A stretch of DNA of 64,000 nucleotides from Fimbriimonadia bacterium (GCA_041483895.1 JBGPGO010000014.1:36296-100295); one strand, 5' to 3'; positions 19,662 through 29,017 are shown, numbered from the stretch's first letter. Made by a program: numbers and translations. Notes: generated by a model not told the origin, from the sequence alone.

Positions 19662-19871
19662 ATGAAGAAAAACGTCAGTCCAATCTATATCGTTTTTGCC
19701 GCCGTCGCATGCGCGGCAGTTCTCGCGTTCGCATACCTCAAAGGCGGCGTTGCGGACAAATCCAGTGATGTTGATTCAACCGTGAAAGAACTCACAAAGG
19801 ATCAGAAGGGACCAAGTCTGCCCGCCGGCGGCGCTGTTCCTGGCGTCTCTGCTCCGGTAAAAATGCGCTAG
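19662..19871 (+). CDS. Small single-TM partner protein (S2)
   Basis: MKKNVSPIYIVF...; clear paralog of 21512-21721. Confidence 0.8.
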   Translation: MKKNVSPIYIVFAAVACAAVLAFAYLKGGVADKSSDVDSTVKELTKDQKGPSLPAGGAVPGVSAPVKMR

Positions 19872-19948
19872 CAGGATTGGCCGAAAGCCCGGCCGCCAAA
19901 GACTCGTTCGCGCGGATATCCCAGATGCGAGCGGTTCGGAGGATGAAT

Positions 19949-20205
19949 ATGAATCGCGGGTTCACTCTCATCGAGCTGCTGGTTGTGATCGCCATTATCG
20001 CGATTGTGGCGGCCATCCTGTTCCCTGTTTTTGCGTCTGCCAGTCAGAAGCCAAGAAGACAGGCTGCCAAAGCAATTTCAACCAGATTGGAAAAGCAATG
20101 GAGATGTACAAGATCGATTGGAGTCAGAAATATTCGCCTATCGATTACAAGCCTTGTACCGCCGCATGCTGCCATCACGATCTCGATACGGTCTGGGGGC
20201 AAATG
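19949..20205 (+). pseudogene. Frameshifted, truncated prepilin-type gene (copy of the P4 5' end)
   Basis: [19 protein letters not shown]...; 1-nt shortfall near 20042-20050; the shifted frame reads [50 protein letters not shown] as in P4, then similarity stops. Confidence 0.85.
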
Positions 20206-20237
20206 CCGAATTACTTTAATAGGATCAGATACATTCC

Positions 20238-20547
20238 GTATTAATACTTGGTTTTGGGAGAATTAAACCTATAGCCGGTATTTTGCGTCAGGTTGATTGG
20301 CACTCCACCAGCCATTAATCTGTTCCTTTCTAATGGCAATTGGAAAATCTCGACCAGTTTGCCAAGGATTGAGTTAGAATAAAGGTTCCTGCCCCGGCGT
20401 CCGTTTTTGCGACTTCGGAGCGACCAAATCACCTTGTAGGAGGTACCGGCTCATCATGAAACGAGGCTTTACGCTCATCGAACTCCTCGTCGTGATCGCA
20501 ATCATTGCCATTCTAGCGGCTATTCTATTCCCTGTCTTCGCGCAAGC
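20238..20547 (+). repeat. Duplicated leader plus 5' end of pilin-like gene (copy 2)
   Basis: Aligns by eye with 18310-18620 at an offset of about 1927-1928 bp. Confidence 0.9.
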
Positions 20548-21319
20548 GCGAAACCAGGCCAAAAAGACCCAAGCCCAGAGCAACTTCAATCAACTGGGAA
20601 AGGCCATCGAAATGTACAAGGGGGACAACGGTCAAAAGTATCCCCAAGCGAACTATCTTCCTTGCACCGCGGTTAACTGCAACCACCTTAAAAATAAGGC
20701 ATGGGGTCAGAATGTGCAGCCGTACACTAAGAACTGGGATGTGTTTAGCGATCCCGGAGACAAGAACCAGACGTTGGTGAATTTCCAGACGGATCAGAAC
20801 ACCGGAACGAAGTGTCCGGCGGCGACGCTGCGACTCTGCGAAGAGTTTTGGCGCGCCACGCTCACCGACTTCGGCGTCAACGGACAGTACATCATGCCGA
20901 CGCTCGCGAATCCGGACCGCTCATACGGAATTAAGGATTCGCGCAACCAGGCGCCCGCAAAGTGCATTTTGGCGTTGGACAGTGTCTGGTGGCGCGACCC
21001 GGTCTCCGGCGATCCGCGAGGCGGCGGTAACTGGGATTTAGATCCGCCCTCCAGAACCTTCAATGGAATAGACACCTTCCCGTATGCGGGCAACAGCCCG
21101 TACTGGTTTGGTGGTTGGATGCCAAGCCAGCCGAAGGCGTGGAATGTCTATGGCGGGGTCTGGCCGTATCACCTCGGTGGCGAGCAGGCCATTGTCATCT
21201 TCACAGACACTCATGTGAAGACTATGAAGATTCCTCAGATAGCGGCGGGTTGCGATGTTCGCGACGCTTGGGGCGGTCAGATACTGGACCGAGATGCATA
21301 TCTCTGGGACCTCCAGTAA
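20456..21319 (+). CDS. Prepilin-type N-methylation protein (copy P3)
   Basis: [15 protein letters not shown]...FTDTHVK...WDLQ. Confidence 0.92.
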   Translation: MKRGFTLIELLVVIAIIAILAAILFPVFAQARNQAKKTQAQSNFNQLGKAIEMYKGDNGQKYPQANYLPCTAVNCNHLKNKAWGQNVQPYTKNWDVFSDPGDKNQTLVNFQTDQNTGTKCPAATLRLCEEFWRATLTDFGVNGQYIMPTLANPDRSYGIKDSRNQAPAKCILALDSVWWRDPVSGDPRGGGNWDLDPPSRTFNGIDTFPYAGNSPYWFGGWMPSQPKAWNVYGGVWPYHLGGEQAIVIFTDTHVKTMKIPQIAAGCDVRDAWGGQILDRDAYLWDLQ

Positions 21320-21344
21320 TCTAGCCGGAATCTAGATCATCTCA

Positions 21345-21375
21345 ATACGCCCTCGAACTGGCTTCGAGGGCGTAT
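21345..21375 (+). terminator. Stem-loop after P3
   Basis: ATACGCCCTCGAA-CTGGC-TTCGAGGGCGTAT perfect 13-bp stem. Confidence 0.6.
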
Positions 21376-21511
21376 GCCTCATTTGTGAACCATTTGGTTT
21401 TGACGCCGGACTAAAGAGGCAGCACCGCGAAATATCGGGTAGGATGAAAAAGCAGCGTCGTGGATCGGTAAGATTCCGATCCAAATTCATCGAACAGGAT
21501 AATTTGCGTCT

Positions 21512-21721
21512 ATGAAGAAGAGTGTTAGTCCGATTTACATCGTTTTCGCCGTAGTCGTGCTCGTCGCCGTTCTTGCCTTTATTTACCTGAAAGTTGCGGG
21601 GGCTGACAAGGGAAGCGACGTCAACGCGACCGTGAACGAATTGACCAAGAATAACAGGGCTGCTCCTGTGCCGGAGGGCGGAGTTGTGCCGGGCGTTGTA
21701 GCGCCGACCAAACTTAAGTAG
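21512..21721 (+). CDS. Small single-TM partner protein (S3)
   Basis: MKKSVSPIYIVF, TM helix, SDVNATVNELTK...PEGGVVPGV; paralog of S2. Confidence 0.8.
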   Translation: MKKSVSPIYIVFAVVVLVAVLAFIYLKVAGADKGSDVNATVNELTKNNRAAPVPEGGVVPGVVAPTKLK

Positions 21722-21798
21722 TAACGGTTGATTCGTCCAGCCAATTTGAAATGACCCCACAACGCACGGGGTCTTTTGCGTTTTTGGGAGGATAGTCG

Positions 21799-22653
21799 AT
21801 GAAACACGCATTCACCTTGATCGAACTCTTGGTCGTCATTGCGATCATAGCCATCTTGGCGGCGATCTTATTCCCTGTTTTCGCCAGCGCCCGCCTTCAG
21901 GCCAAGAAGACAGGCTGTCAAAGCAATTTCAACCAGATCGGCAAGGCGATGGAGATGTATAAGATCGATTGGAGTGAAAAGTATTCGCCCATCGATTACA
22001 AGCCCTGTACCGCCGCATTCTGTCATCACAATCTCGATACGGTCTGGGGACAAATGTTATATCCATACACGAAGAGCTACGAAGTCCTGGCTTGCCCGGC
22101 AGATTTCAATCAGGTCGATTCGACATACCGTATCGACCACATCAACAACCAACCCTGCCCGCCGGGAAACCGAACCTGCTATGAATTCTGGCGAGGCATG
22201 CTGACGAATTTCGGGATAAATTCTCAATACATTGCGCCGGAGCTTGCCTACCCTGATCGCGAGTGGCCGATCAAGGACACTCGGATCGAAGCGCCCGCGA
22301 AATGCATTTTGGCGCTCGACAGCATTTGGGAACGGAACGCCCAAACGGGAGCGCCGGAAGACGGGGGAAGCTGGTCTGTCGATCCGCCGTCGCGAATCTA
22401 CAATAACCAAGACACCTTCCCATTCCCAGGGAACAGTCCCTATTGGTTCGGCGGTTGGGAGCCGAGCCATCCGCTCGTCTGGAACGTTTACGGCGGGGTT
22501 TGGCCGTGGCACGCCGATAACGCGCAGGTGATTTTCACCGACACCCATGTCAAAGCGATGACCATCGGCCAAATCGCAGCAGGCTGCGACGTCCGCGACG
22601 GTTGGGAGGGGCCAATCACGGATCGAGAGGCATATTTGTGGGATTTGAAGTAA
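21799..22653 (+). CDS. Prepilin-type N-methylation protein (copy P4)
   Basis: [23 protein letters not shown]-x9-DTHVK...WDLK. Confidence 0.92.
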   Translation: MKHAFTLIELLVVIAIIAILAAILFPVFASARLQAKKTGCQSNFNQIGKAMEMYKIDWSEKYSPIDYKPCTAAFCHHNLDTVWGQMLYPYTKSYEVLACPADFNQVDSTYRIDHINNQPCPPGNRTCYEFWRGMLTNFGINSQYIAPELAYPDREWPIKDTRIEAPAKCILALDSIWERNAQTGAPEDGGSWSVDPPSRIYNNQDTFPFPGNSPYWFGGWEPSHPLVWNVYGGVWPWHADNAQVIFTDTHVKAMTIGQIAAGCDVRDGWEGPITDREAYLWDLK

Positions 22654-22713
22654 ATTCCCTGTATAATGCTGTGAAGCCTCAACAAGGTAGGCAAGCCATT
22701 TGGAGGTAGCACG

Positions 22714-23571
22714 ATGAAACAACGCGGTTTTACTCTCATCGAATTGCTCGTCGTCATTGCAATCATAGCCATCCTAGCCGCGATCCTCTTTCCGGTCTTC
22801 GCACAGGCCCGTAAGCAGGCAAAGAAGACCCAGGCGCTCAGCAACTTCAATCAGCTTGGCAAGGCAATGGAGATGTACAAAGGCGACAACAGCCAGAAGT
22901 ACCCACCCCTCAACTACTTGCCGGGGACTGCTGCGGGCCTGAGCGATCCCAAGAACATGGTTTGGGGCCAACTTATTCAGCCCTACACAAAGAACTGGGA
23001 AGTGTTTAGCGATCCTGGAGATGCAAACCAAATCCCAGACGTGATCGAGCGTAATCAAATCACGAACCAGAAGTGCGCAGCCAACGATCGGCATTGCAGG
23101 GAGTTCTGGCGAGGCACCCTTACGAACTTCGGCATCAATTGCCAGTACATCATGACAATGCTCGCCTATCCCGACCGAATGTGGTCCATCAAAGACAACC
23201 GGATTCAAGCGCCTTCGAAGTGCATCCTGGCAATCGACAGTATTTGGGAACGAGATCCGAGCAGCGGCAGACCGATCGGAGGTGGCAATTGGGCACTCGA
23301 TCCCCCGGCTCGCGTTTACAAGGGGATAGATACCTTCGCTTTCCCGGGCAATAGCCCATATTGGTTTGGAGGGTGGACGCCTTCGAAGCCGCTCGCGTGG
23401 ACGGTTTATGGCGGCGCTTGGCCATTCCACACGGATACGGCGGTTGTCATCTTCACTGACACGCATGTCAAGGCCCTTCGAGTTACTCAGCTCGCCGCCG
23501 GATGTGACGTCCGCGACGGCTGGGCAGGACAAATCTTGGACAGGGATGAATACCTGTACGATCTGCAATGA
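22714..23571 (+). CDS. Prepilin-type N-methylation protein (copy P5)
   Basis: [24 protein letters not shown]-x9-DTHVK...YDLQ. Confidence 0.92.
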   Translation: MKQRGFTLIELLVVIAIIAILAAILFPVFAQARKQAKKTQALSNFNQLGKAMEMYKGDNSQKYPPLNYLPGTAAGLSDPKNMVWGQLIQPYTKNWEVFSDPGDANQIPDVIERNQITNQKCAANDRHCREFWRGTLTNFGINCQYIMTMLAYPDRMWSIKDNRIQAPSKCILAIDSIWERDPSSGRPIGGGNWALDPPARVYKGIDTFAFPGNSPYWFGGWTPSKPLAWTVYGGAWPFHTDTAVVIFTDTHVKALRVTQLAAGCDVRDGWAGQILDRDEYLYDLQ

Positions 23572-24449
23572 AAAACAAAAACGCATTTACACTTATCGAA
23601 CTGCTCGTCGTCATCGCAATCATAGCCATTCTGGCCGCGATACTCTTTCCTGTTTTTGCACAGGCAAGGGAAAGCGCGTTCAAAACACAGTGCATCAGCA
23701 ATTTCAGCCAAAGCCAACGGTCGGTGCTCATGTATGCCGACGACAACGGGAATCGCTGCGTGCCGGTCAACAGCGCCGGCTTCGGTATGCCCGGATACGG
23801 TGTGTACACGAGCGCCGCCAACCACGACAAGCCGTGGCCGGAGACGATTCAACCGTACATGAAGAGCTGGAACGTGATCCGTTGCCCGTCGGACCGCAAT
23901 GCGAACGACAACGACCTGTCTGTGGACCTCGACGACGCGACGAAAATCCCGCCTACCGATTCGACAAAACGGCATTGGGCCTGGGGATTCCGGGCCAACG
24001 TGGGCCTGAACTTTGACTGGCTATCGTATAGCACCGCGCCGTGCTCGGCTGGCATTATGAAAAACTTCCGTCTTTCCTACGCTCCGAGTCCGGCGCGAAC
24101 GATCATGTTCACCGATTCTGTTTGGAATCGGCTTCCGGATGGTACTCCACTAGGAGGCGGTAACTGGGCGGTCGACGCCCCGGTTACGCCAAGCGATATG
24201 CGTTGCTGGCTCGGCGGCTGGCGATGCTGGATAGCGGGCAACGGCGATCCGGATTCGGCTGTCTGCAAGGCGCAATGGAATGCCTGGGGCGGCAGCTATC
24301 CTTGGCATACCGGTAAGTCGCTGTTCAACACCGCCTATATCGATGGCCACGCCAAGTCCAACCGTCTCGGCGATCTTCTCGCCGGGACCAATCCCAAGAA
24401 CAATCAAATCTTGGACGCCGATCTTTGCCAGTGGGACACACTAAAGTAG
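23568..24449 (+). CDS. Prepilin-type N-methylation protein, DG-type (copy P6)
   Basis: [22 protein letters not shown]...[15 protein letters not shown] overlap with P5. Confidence 0.92.
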   Translation: MKNKNAFTLIELLVVIAIIAILAAILFPVFAQARESAFKTQCISNFSQSQRSVLMYADDNGNRCVPVNSAGFGMPGYGVYTSAANHDKPWPETIQPYMKSWNVIRCPSDRNANDNDLSVDLDDATKIPPTDSTKRHWAWGFRANVGLNFDWLSYSTAPCSAGIMKNFRLSYAPSPARTIMFTDSVWNRLPDGTPLGGGNWAVDAPVTPSDMRCWLGGWRCWIAGNGDPDSAVCKAQWNAWGGSYPWHTGKSLFNTAYIDGHAKSNRLGDLLAGTNPKNNQILDADLCQWDTLK

Positions 24450-24451
24450 CC

Positions 24452-24652
24452 ATGAAGCGATCCTTAGACCCAAAAACGACGATCATCGTTCTTGTGCTGG
24501 CCCTGGTCGTTATCGGCGGGATAACCTGGTGGAGGGTGTCGAACAGCAAGGCCGGCGGGAGCTACGAAAAGGTGAATACCTTCCCTGAGCCGACAGACAA
24601 GTCTCTGCCTCCGTCGCCGATGCCGTCGGTTGGAAAACTCGGAAATAGATAA
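24452..24652 (+). CDS. Small single-TM partner protein (S4)
   Basis: MKRSLDPK, TM helix, Pro-rich tail; starts 2 nt after the P6 stop. Confidence 0.7.
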   Translation: MKRSLDPKTTIIVLVLALVVIGGITWWRVSNSKAGGSYEKVNTFPEPTDKSLPPSPMPSVGKLGNR

Positions 24653-24658
24653 TCACTA

Positions 24659-24690
24659 CCCTCCCCGCTTGCTGTTTAGACCGGGGAGGG
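24659..24690. repeat. Short R2-like hairpin (CCCTCCCC...GGGGAGGG)
   Basis: Same 8-bp inverted ends as family R2; lies just after S4. Confidence 0.55.
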
Positions 24691-24704
24691 AGGATTCTCC
24701 CAAC

Positions 24705-24917
24705 ATGCCTGATGACTCGCCCTTGCTCATGAAAGAGTTACTAACGTGGATCGCCGAGCGCCCGCGGTCGTTCGACGAAACGCGCGAGGCATGGAAGACT
24801 TCGTGTCCCCGACAATCCGTGTGGGAAGACGCTCAGATCGAAGGGCTCGTTCGGCTCCTCGACGGCCATGTGGTGCTCACTGAACTCGGGGAATCCGCGC
24901 TGAAGGAGAAACCTTAG
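24705..24917 (+). CDS. Small hypothetical protein
   Basis: 70 aa, WKTSCPRQSVWEDA...VLTELG; GGAGG upstream. Confidence 0.6.
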   Translation: MPDDSPLLMKELLTWIAERPRSFDETREAWKTSCPRQSVWEDAQIEGLVRLLDGHVVLTELGESALKEKP

Positions 24918-24937
24918 TACCCAGTGAAACATGCTAC

Positions 24938-25801
24938 GTGCGCCGCGGATTTACCCTGATTGAGCTTTTGGTTGTGATCGCCGTCATCGCGATCCTCGCC
25001 TCGATTCTATTTCCAGTCTTTTTGAGCGCCCGCGATTCCGCAAAAAAGACCATCTGCCTCAGCAACATGAACCAGGGAGGCAAGGCCATCTTCCTGTATT
25101 CATCGGACAACGGCGACCGGTGCGTCCCGCCAACCTCCCATGGACTGTGCGACAGCTTCGTCGGCTCCTGGACCTCCGAATCCGATCATGACATGGCTTG
25201 GCCGGAAATCGTGCAGCGATACGCCAAGGACTGGCAGTTCTTCCGCTGCCCTTCCGACCTCGCGGCAACGGATAGCGAGATGTCGAAGGCCCCGCGCGAC
25301 GAGCAGCCTATCCCGCAAGACCAGACGGCAAAGAGGCATTGGGCTTGGGCGTTTCGCAGCCACATGGGCCTCAATTACAGTTGGCTGGCATACACGTTCA
25401 AGCGAGACAAGTTCAACGCCCGATTCGGCGCCATCCCATCACAGGCCAAGACCATCTTGCTGGTCGACTCGGTCTGGAAGCGGCAAACGGATGGGACGCC
25501 GTATGGAGGCGGGTCTTGGGCGGTGGACGCGCCTGCATCGGAGGACTTCCTGGACTGCACCCGCGCCGGGTGGCGCTGCTGGACCGTTGGACCCGGAGAC
25601 CCCGATTCTCAGGAATGCCGTGCCATGTCGGGAGCATTCGGGTATGCCTACCCTTGGCACACTTCGCACCAGGTCTTCAACACGGCCTTCATCGATGGAC
25701 ACGTGAAATCGCTCAAATTAGCTGACCTGTTGGCCGGAACCGACCCGAAGGCTCGAATCCTGACCGATGAAGAGGCCTGTCTTTGGGACACGCGAAAGTA
25801 G
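24938..25801 (+). CDS. Prepilin-type N-methylation protein, DG-type (copy P7)
   Basis: GTG start, [19 protein letters not shown]...FNTAFIDGHVK; closest to P6. Confidence 0.92.
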   Translation: MRRGFTLIELLVVIAVIAILASILFPVFLSARDSAKKTICLSNMNQGGKAIFLYSSDNGDRCVPPTSHGLCDSFVGSWTSESDHDMAWPEIVQRYAKDWQFFRCPSDLAATDSEMSKAPRDEQPIPQDQTAKRHWAWAFRSHMGLNYSWLAYTFKRDKFNARFGAIPSQAKTILLVDSVWKRQTDGTPYGGGSWAVDAPASEDFLDCTRAGWRCWTVGPGDPDSQECRAMSGAFGYAYPWHTSHQVFNTAFIDGHVKSLKLADLLAGTDPKARILTDEEACLWDTRK

Positions 25802-25823
25802 GCCGCAAAGTATACTGTTCGGC

Positions 25824-27056
25824 ATGACGAAACGAGCCCTGCTGCTGATCGGCGACGGCATGTCCGACCGTCCCTGTAAAGAACTCGGCGGGAAAACCCC
25901 CCTGCAAGCCGCCCACACCCCAAACCTCGATCGCTTGGCGACGGAAGGCATCAATGGCTTGTGCGACGTGGTTCGGCCCGGCATCCGGTGCGGGTCCGAT
26001 ACCGGCCATCTATCGCTCCTCGGCTATGATCCCTTTCAGGTCTATACCGGCCGCGGGCCGTTCGAAGCTCTCGGCATCGGCATGGACGTGCAAGGCGGAG
26101 ACGTGGCCTTTCGCTGCAATTTCTCAACGATTGACGAAAATCGCGTGGTGACAGACCGACGTGCCGGTCGGATTACCGAAGGGACGGCGGAGCTCGCTGA
26201 GGTGATGAACGGCAAGGTGATCGACGGAGTGACCTGCTACGTCAAAGAGTCAGTCGCCCATCGGTGCGCGCTGGTTTTGAACGGAATGGGTCTCAGTTCG
26301 AAGGTGAGCGACGTAGACCCACACGAGGAGGGCAAGCCACTGAGCGAATGTTACGCGCTCGACGGCAGCCCGGAGGGGATTCGCACGGCTCGAGTCGTGA
26401 ATCAGTTTGTGGAAGTATCCATAGAGCTTCTGAAAAAGCACCGGATCAATCTAGATCGAGAGGCGCTGGGCCTGCCTGCGGCGAACTGCATCGTGCCCCG
26501 GGGCGCCGGCCAGGCGCCAAATCTGCGGCCCATCAATGAATTGCACAATGTCAATTCCGCCTGCGTTGTTGAGACCGGACTGATCCGAGGGATCGGACGA
26601 TTTGTCGGCATGACGCCCTACGATGCCGTCGGTACAACAGGCGGCTTGGATTCGGACCTCGATTCAATGGGCCGTTTGCTCATCGACGTTTTGGTCCAGC
26701 ATAATTTCGTTCTGTGCAATGTCAAGGGTCCGGACCTGTGCGGGCACGACAACAATCCGGCCGAAAAAGCGCGCCAAGTGGAAAAGCTGGACGCAATGGT
26801 GGGGATGATTCTTGAGCGATCCGGCCCCGGTCTCTATGTCGCACTCATGTCGGATCACTCGACACCGTGCGAACTGGGAGACCACAGCGGCGATCCGGTG
26901 GCGCTGACCATCTGGGGAGAAGGCGTCCGTGTCGACGCCGTCACGCGCCACGATGAGATATCCTGCGGCCCTGGTTCGCTCGGCAGACTCATCGGTAACA
27001 ATGTGGTTCCGATACTTACCCAGTTCATTGAGGTCCAGGAGAAGTACGGCGCGTGA
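25824..27056 (+). CDS. apgM: 2,3-bisphosphoglycerate-independent phosphoglycerate mutase (ApgM type)
   Basis: IGDGMSDRP, GKTPL, GSDTGHLSLLGYDP, YTGRGPFEALG, DRRAGRI, SDHSTP..HSGDPV. Confidence 0.92.
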   Translation: MTKRALLLIGDGMSDRPCKELGGKTPLQAAHTPNLDRLATEGINGLCDVVRPGIRCGSDTGHLSLLGYDPFQVYTGRGPFEALGIGMDVQGGDVAFRCNFSTIDENRVVTDRRAGRITEGTAELAEVMNGKVIDGVTCYVKESVAHRCALVLNGMGLSSKVSDVDPHEEGKPLSECYALDGSPEGIRTARVVNQFVEVSIELLKKHRINLDREALGLPAANCIVPRGAGQAPNLRPINELHNVNSACVVETGLIRGIGRFVGMTPYDAVGTTGGLDSDLDSMGRLLIDVLVQHNFVLCNVKGPDLCGHDNNPAEKARQVEKLDAMVGMILERSGPGLYVALMSDHSTPCELGDHSGDPVALTIWGEGVRVDAVTRHDEISCGPGSLGRLIGNNVVPILTQFIEVQEKYGA

Positions 27057-28048
27057 ACTCCTGCCTGATCGTGGGGGCCGGTAGTTGGGGGACCGCCTTG
27101 GCTCTCTCCTTGGGCCGGAAGGGGATCCCGGTCGCGCTGCATGGCAGGGACAAGGCGGCGATCGAGAGGCTCCGCGAGCGGCGGGAAAACGAGCGCTATC
27201 TGCCGGGGCATCTCCTCCCGGAAAGCGTTGTACCGTTCAGCGACCTGCAGGCAGCGGAGGAGGGTCGCGATCTCGCCGTGTTGGCCGTTCCAAGTTCCGG
27301 CGTACGCGAGGCGCTACAGCAGGCAAAGGCAGTGGCGAAACTTGCGGAAATGCCTTGGTTGATGGCTGCGAAGGGCTTGGAACCGGAATCCGGAATGCGG
27401 ATGACCGAGATCGGCTTCGAAGTCCTGGGATCGAACGCGAAGATGGCTGCGCTTTCGGGACCAAATCTTGCGAAAGAGATGGCGCTGGAGTTCCCGACCG
27501 CAACGGTGATCGCATCCCAAGACGAGACGCTTGCCGAGGAAATCCAGGCGCTCTTCCTCTCTCCGGCCTTGCGTGTCTACACCTCTTCCGATGTCGTCGG
27601 AGTCGAGCTAGGTGGAGCGCTCAAGAATGTTTTGGCGATCGCCGGCGGGGTCAGCGACGGGCTCGGGTTCGGAGATAACACGAAGGCCGCGCTGATGACC
27701 CGCGGCCTTGGCGAAATGACACGGCTCGGCGTGGCCCTTGGCGCGACGGTCAAGACGTTCCTGGGGCTCGCCGGCATCGGCGACCTGTTCGCGACCGCCG
27801 TCAGCCGTTACAGCCGGAACTACCGCATCGGTTTCGCCTTGGGAGAAGGCATTCCATTGGAGACCGCCATTCGTGACGTTGCGCAAGTGGCGGAAGGGGT
27901 TCCGACATCCCAGGCGGTACTGGAGTTGGCCCGCTGCCATGGAGTAGAGATGCCGCTATTTGAAGCCATTGCACGAGTCATCGGCGGCGATCTCGCGCCG
28001 GCCGGCGCGGTACGTGAGCTAATGCAGCGAACGCCACGACAAGAATAG
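27053..28048 (+). CDS. gpsA: NAD(P)H-dependent glycerol-3-phosphate dehydrogenase
   Basis: GAGSWGTALA, SGPNLA, GVELGGALKNV, GDNTKAAL, GIGDL, SRNY. Confidence 0.96.
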   Translation: MNSCLIVGAGSWGTALALSLGRKGIPVALHGRDKAAIERLRERRENERYLPGHLLPESVVPFSDLQAAEEGRDLAVLAVPSSGVREALQQAKAVAKLAEMPWLMAAKGLEPESGMRMTEIGFEVLGSNAKMAALSGPNLAKEMALEFPTATVIASQDETLAEEIQALFLSPALRVYTSSDVVGVELGGALKNVLAIAGGVSDGLGFGDNTKAALMTRGLGEMTRLGVALGATVKTFLGLAGIGDLFATAVSRYSRNYRIGFALGEGIPLETAIRDVAQVAEGVPTSQAVLELARCHGVEMPLFEAIARVIGGDLAPAGAVRELMQRTPRQE

Positions 28049-28295
28049 ATTTCCTTGTGGTGGTTTCTGGAATATTGCTAACATTAATGGTTGCGCCATT
28101 CGACCCTTTGCCCCTACTTTTGTAAGAAACGAGCTATATCAAGACATTAAATGCGATTTAATTGTTCTAGCGGTACATTGTTATTGCCTTTTTCACAATT
28201 CCGTGTTATTATCTCTGTCATAGTTACTGATTAAGCGAGCTTCCTTCCTGGTGGTTAGATGCAAAACAAAGTGCATCATGTAAGGAGGCCATAAG

Positions 28296-28943
28296 ATGAC
28301 ATTTGAAAGAGGGCGGATCGTCCTGTTGGGAAGCATTGCCTTCGCAATGCTGACAGCGCCGGCGGCATTTGGCTCGAGAGGCCTTGATAGCCAGAAAGAC
28401 CTCGATCCAAGATTCCCCATCAACAATCCGGTTTCGACGTATTGGAATGAACTGTATCCGGATCCGACAAAGTCCTATCACCTGAGCAGTTGGTTCGATA
28501 ACGGCGACGGCTATTTGAGCCCGAGCGACATTATCGACCTGACGGATTTGAGCGATCCGGTCGGCAATCCTACGTTTTGGCACGTAGATCAGGTCACGAT
28601 CACGATCTTCCTCACTCAGAAGAATACGAACACCCACGGTATCGGTGACTTTAGTGGTGATTTCTTTCAGAACCAGAGCACCATGTACAATCCGGTATCG
28701 ACATTCTGGGAGTGGATTCCACCGGGAACCGGTGGTTTTCACCTCTCCTCATGGGAAGACAATGGCGACGGCTACCTGAGCAGAAGCGATCAGATCGACA
28801 TTACAGAATCCAACGGTCTGGTCACTTTTTGGCACGTTGACCGGGTGACTACGGATATTATCATCTCGCCAGAGCCGAGCAGCATAGCCGCTGTCGGTGT
28901 CGGGTTCGCGAGCCTTCTCGCACTTCGCCGTCGACGAAAGTAG
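28296..28943 (+). CDS. PEP-CTERM exported protein with two internal Trp-rich repeats
   Basis: Signal peptide; C-terminal SPEPSS, TM helix, RRRRK; AAGGAGG RBS. Confidence 0.88.
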   Translation: MTFERGRIVLLGSIAFAMLTAPAAFGSRGLDSQKDLDPRFPINNPVSTYWNELYPDPTKSYHLSSWFDNGDGYLSPSDIIDLTDLSDPVGNPTFWHVDQVTITIFLTQKNTNTHGIGDFSGDFFQNQSTMYNPVSTFWEWIPPGTGGFHLSSWEDNGDGYLSRSDQIDITESNGLVTFWHVDRVTTDIIISPEPSSIAAVGVGFASLLALRRRRK

Positions 28944-28969
28944 GGCGATTGGTGCGAGTATGATGAGAT

Positions 28970-28994
28970 TGGGGCGGCGTTCATCGCCGCCCCA
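28970..28994 (+). terminator. Stem-loop after the PEP-CTERM gene
   Basis: TGGGGCGGCG...CGCCGCCCCA. Confidence 0.6.
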
Positions 28995-29017
28995 CCATAA
29001 TCTTGGGAGTACGAAGT

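Noticed and set aside
19877..20266. 129-aa intact pilin-like ORF
   Set aside because: After the prepilin helix it runs out of frame relative to P4; treated as a pseudogene
17363..25801. Diversity-generating retroelement or shufflon behind the pilin variation
   Set aside because: No reverse transcriptase or site-specific recombinase in the window; pseudogene/P4 differences are mostly synonymous and not adenine-specific; all copies share one orientation
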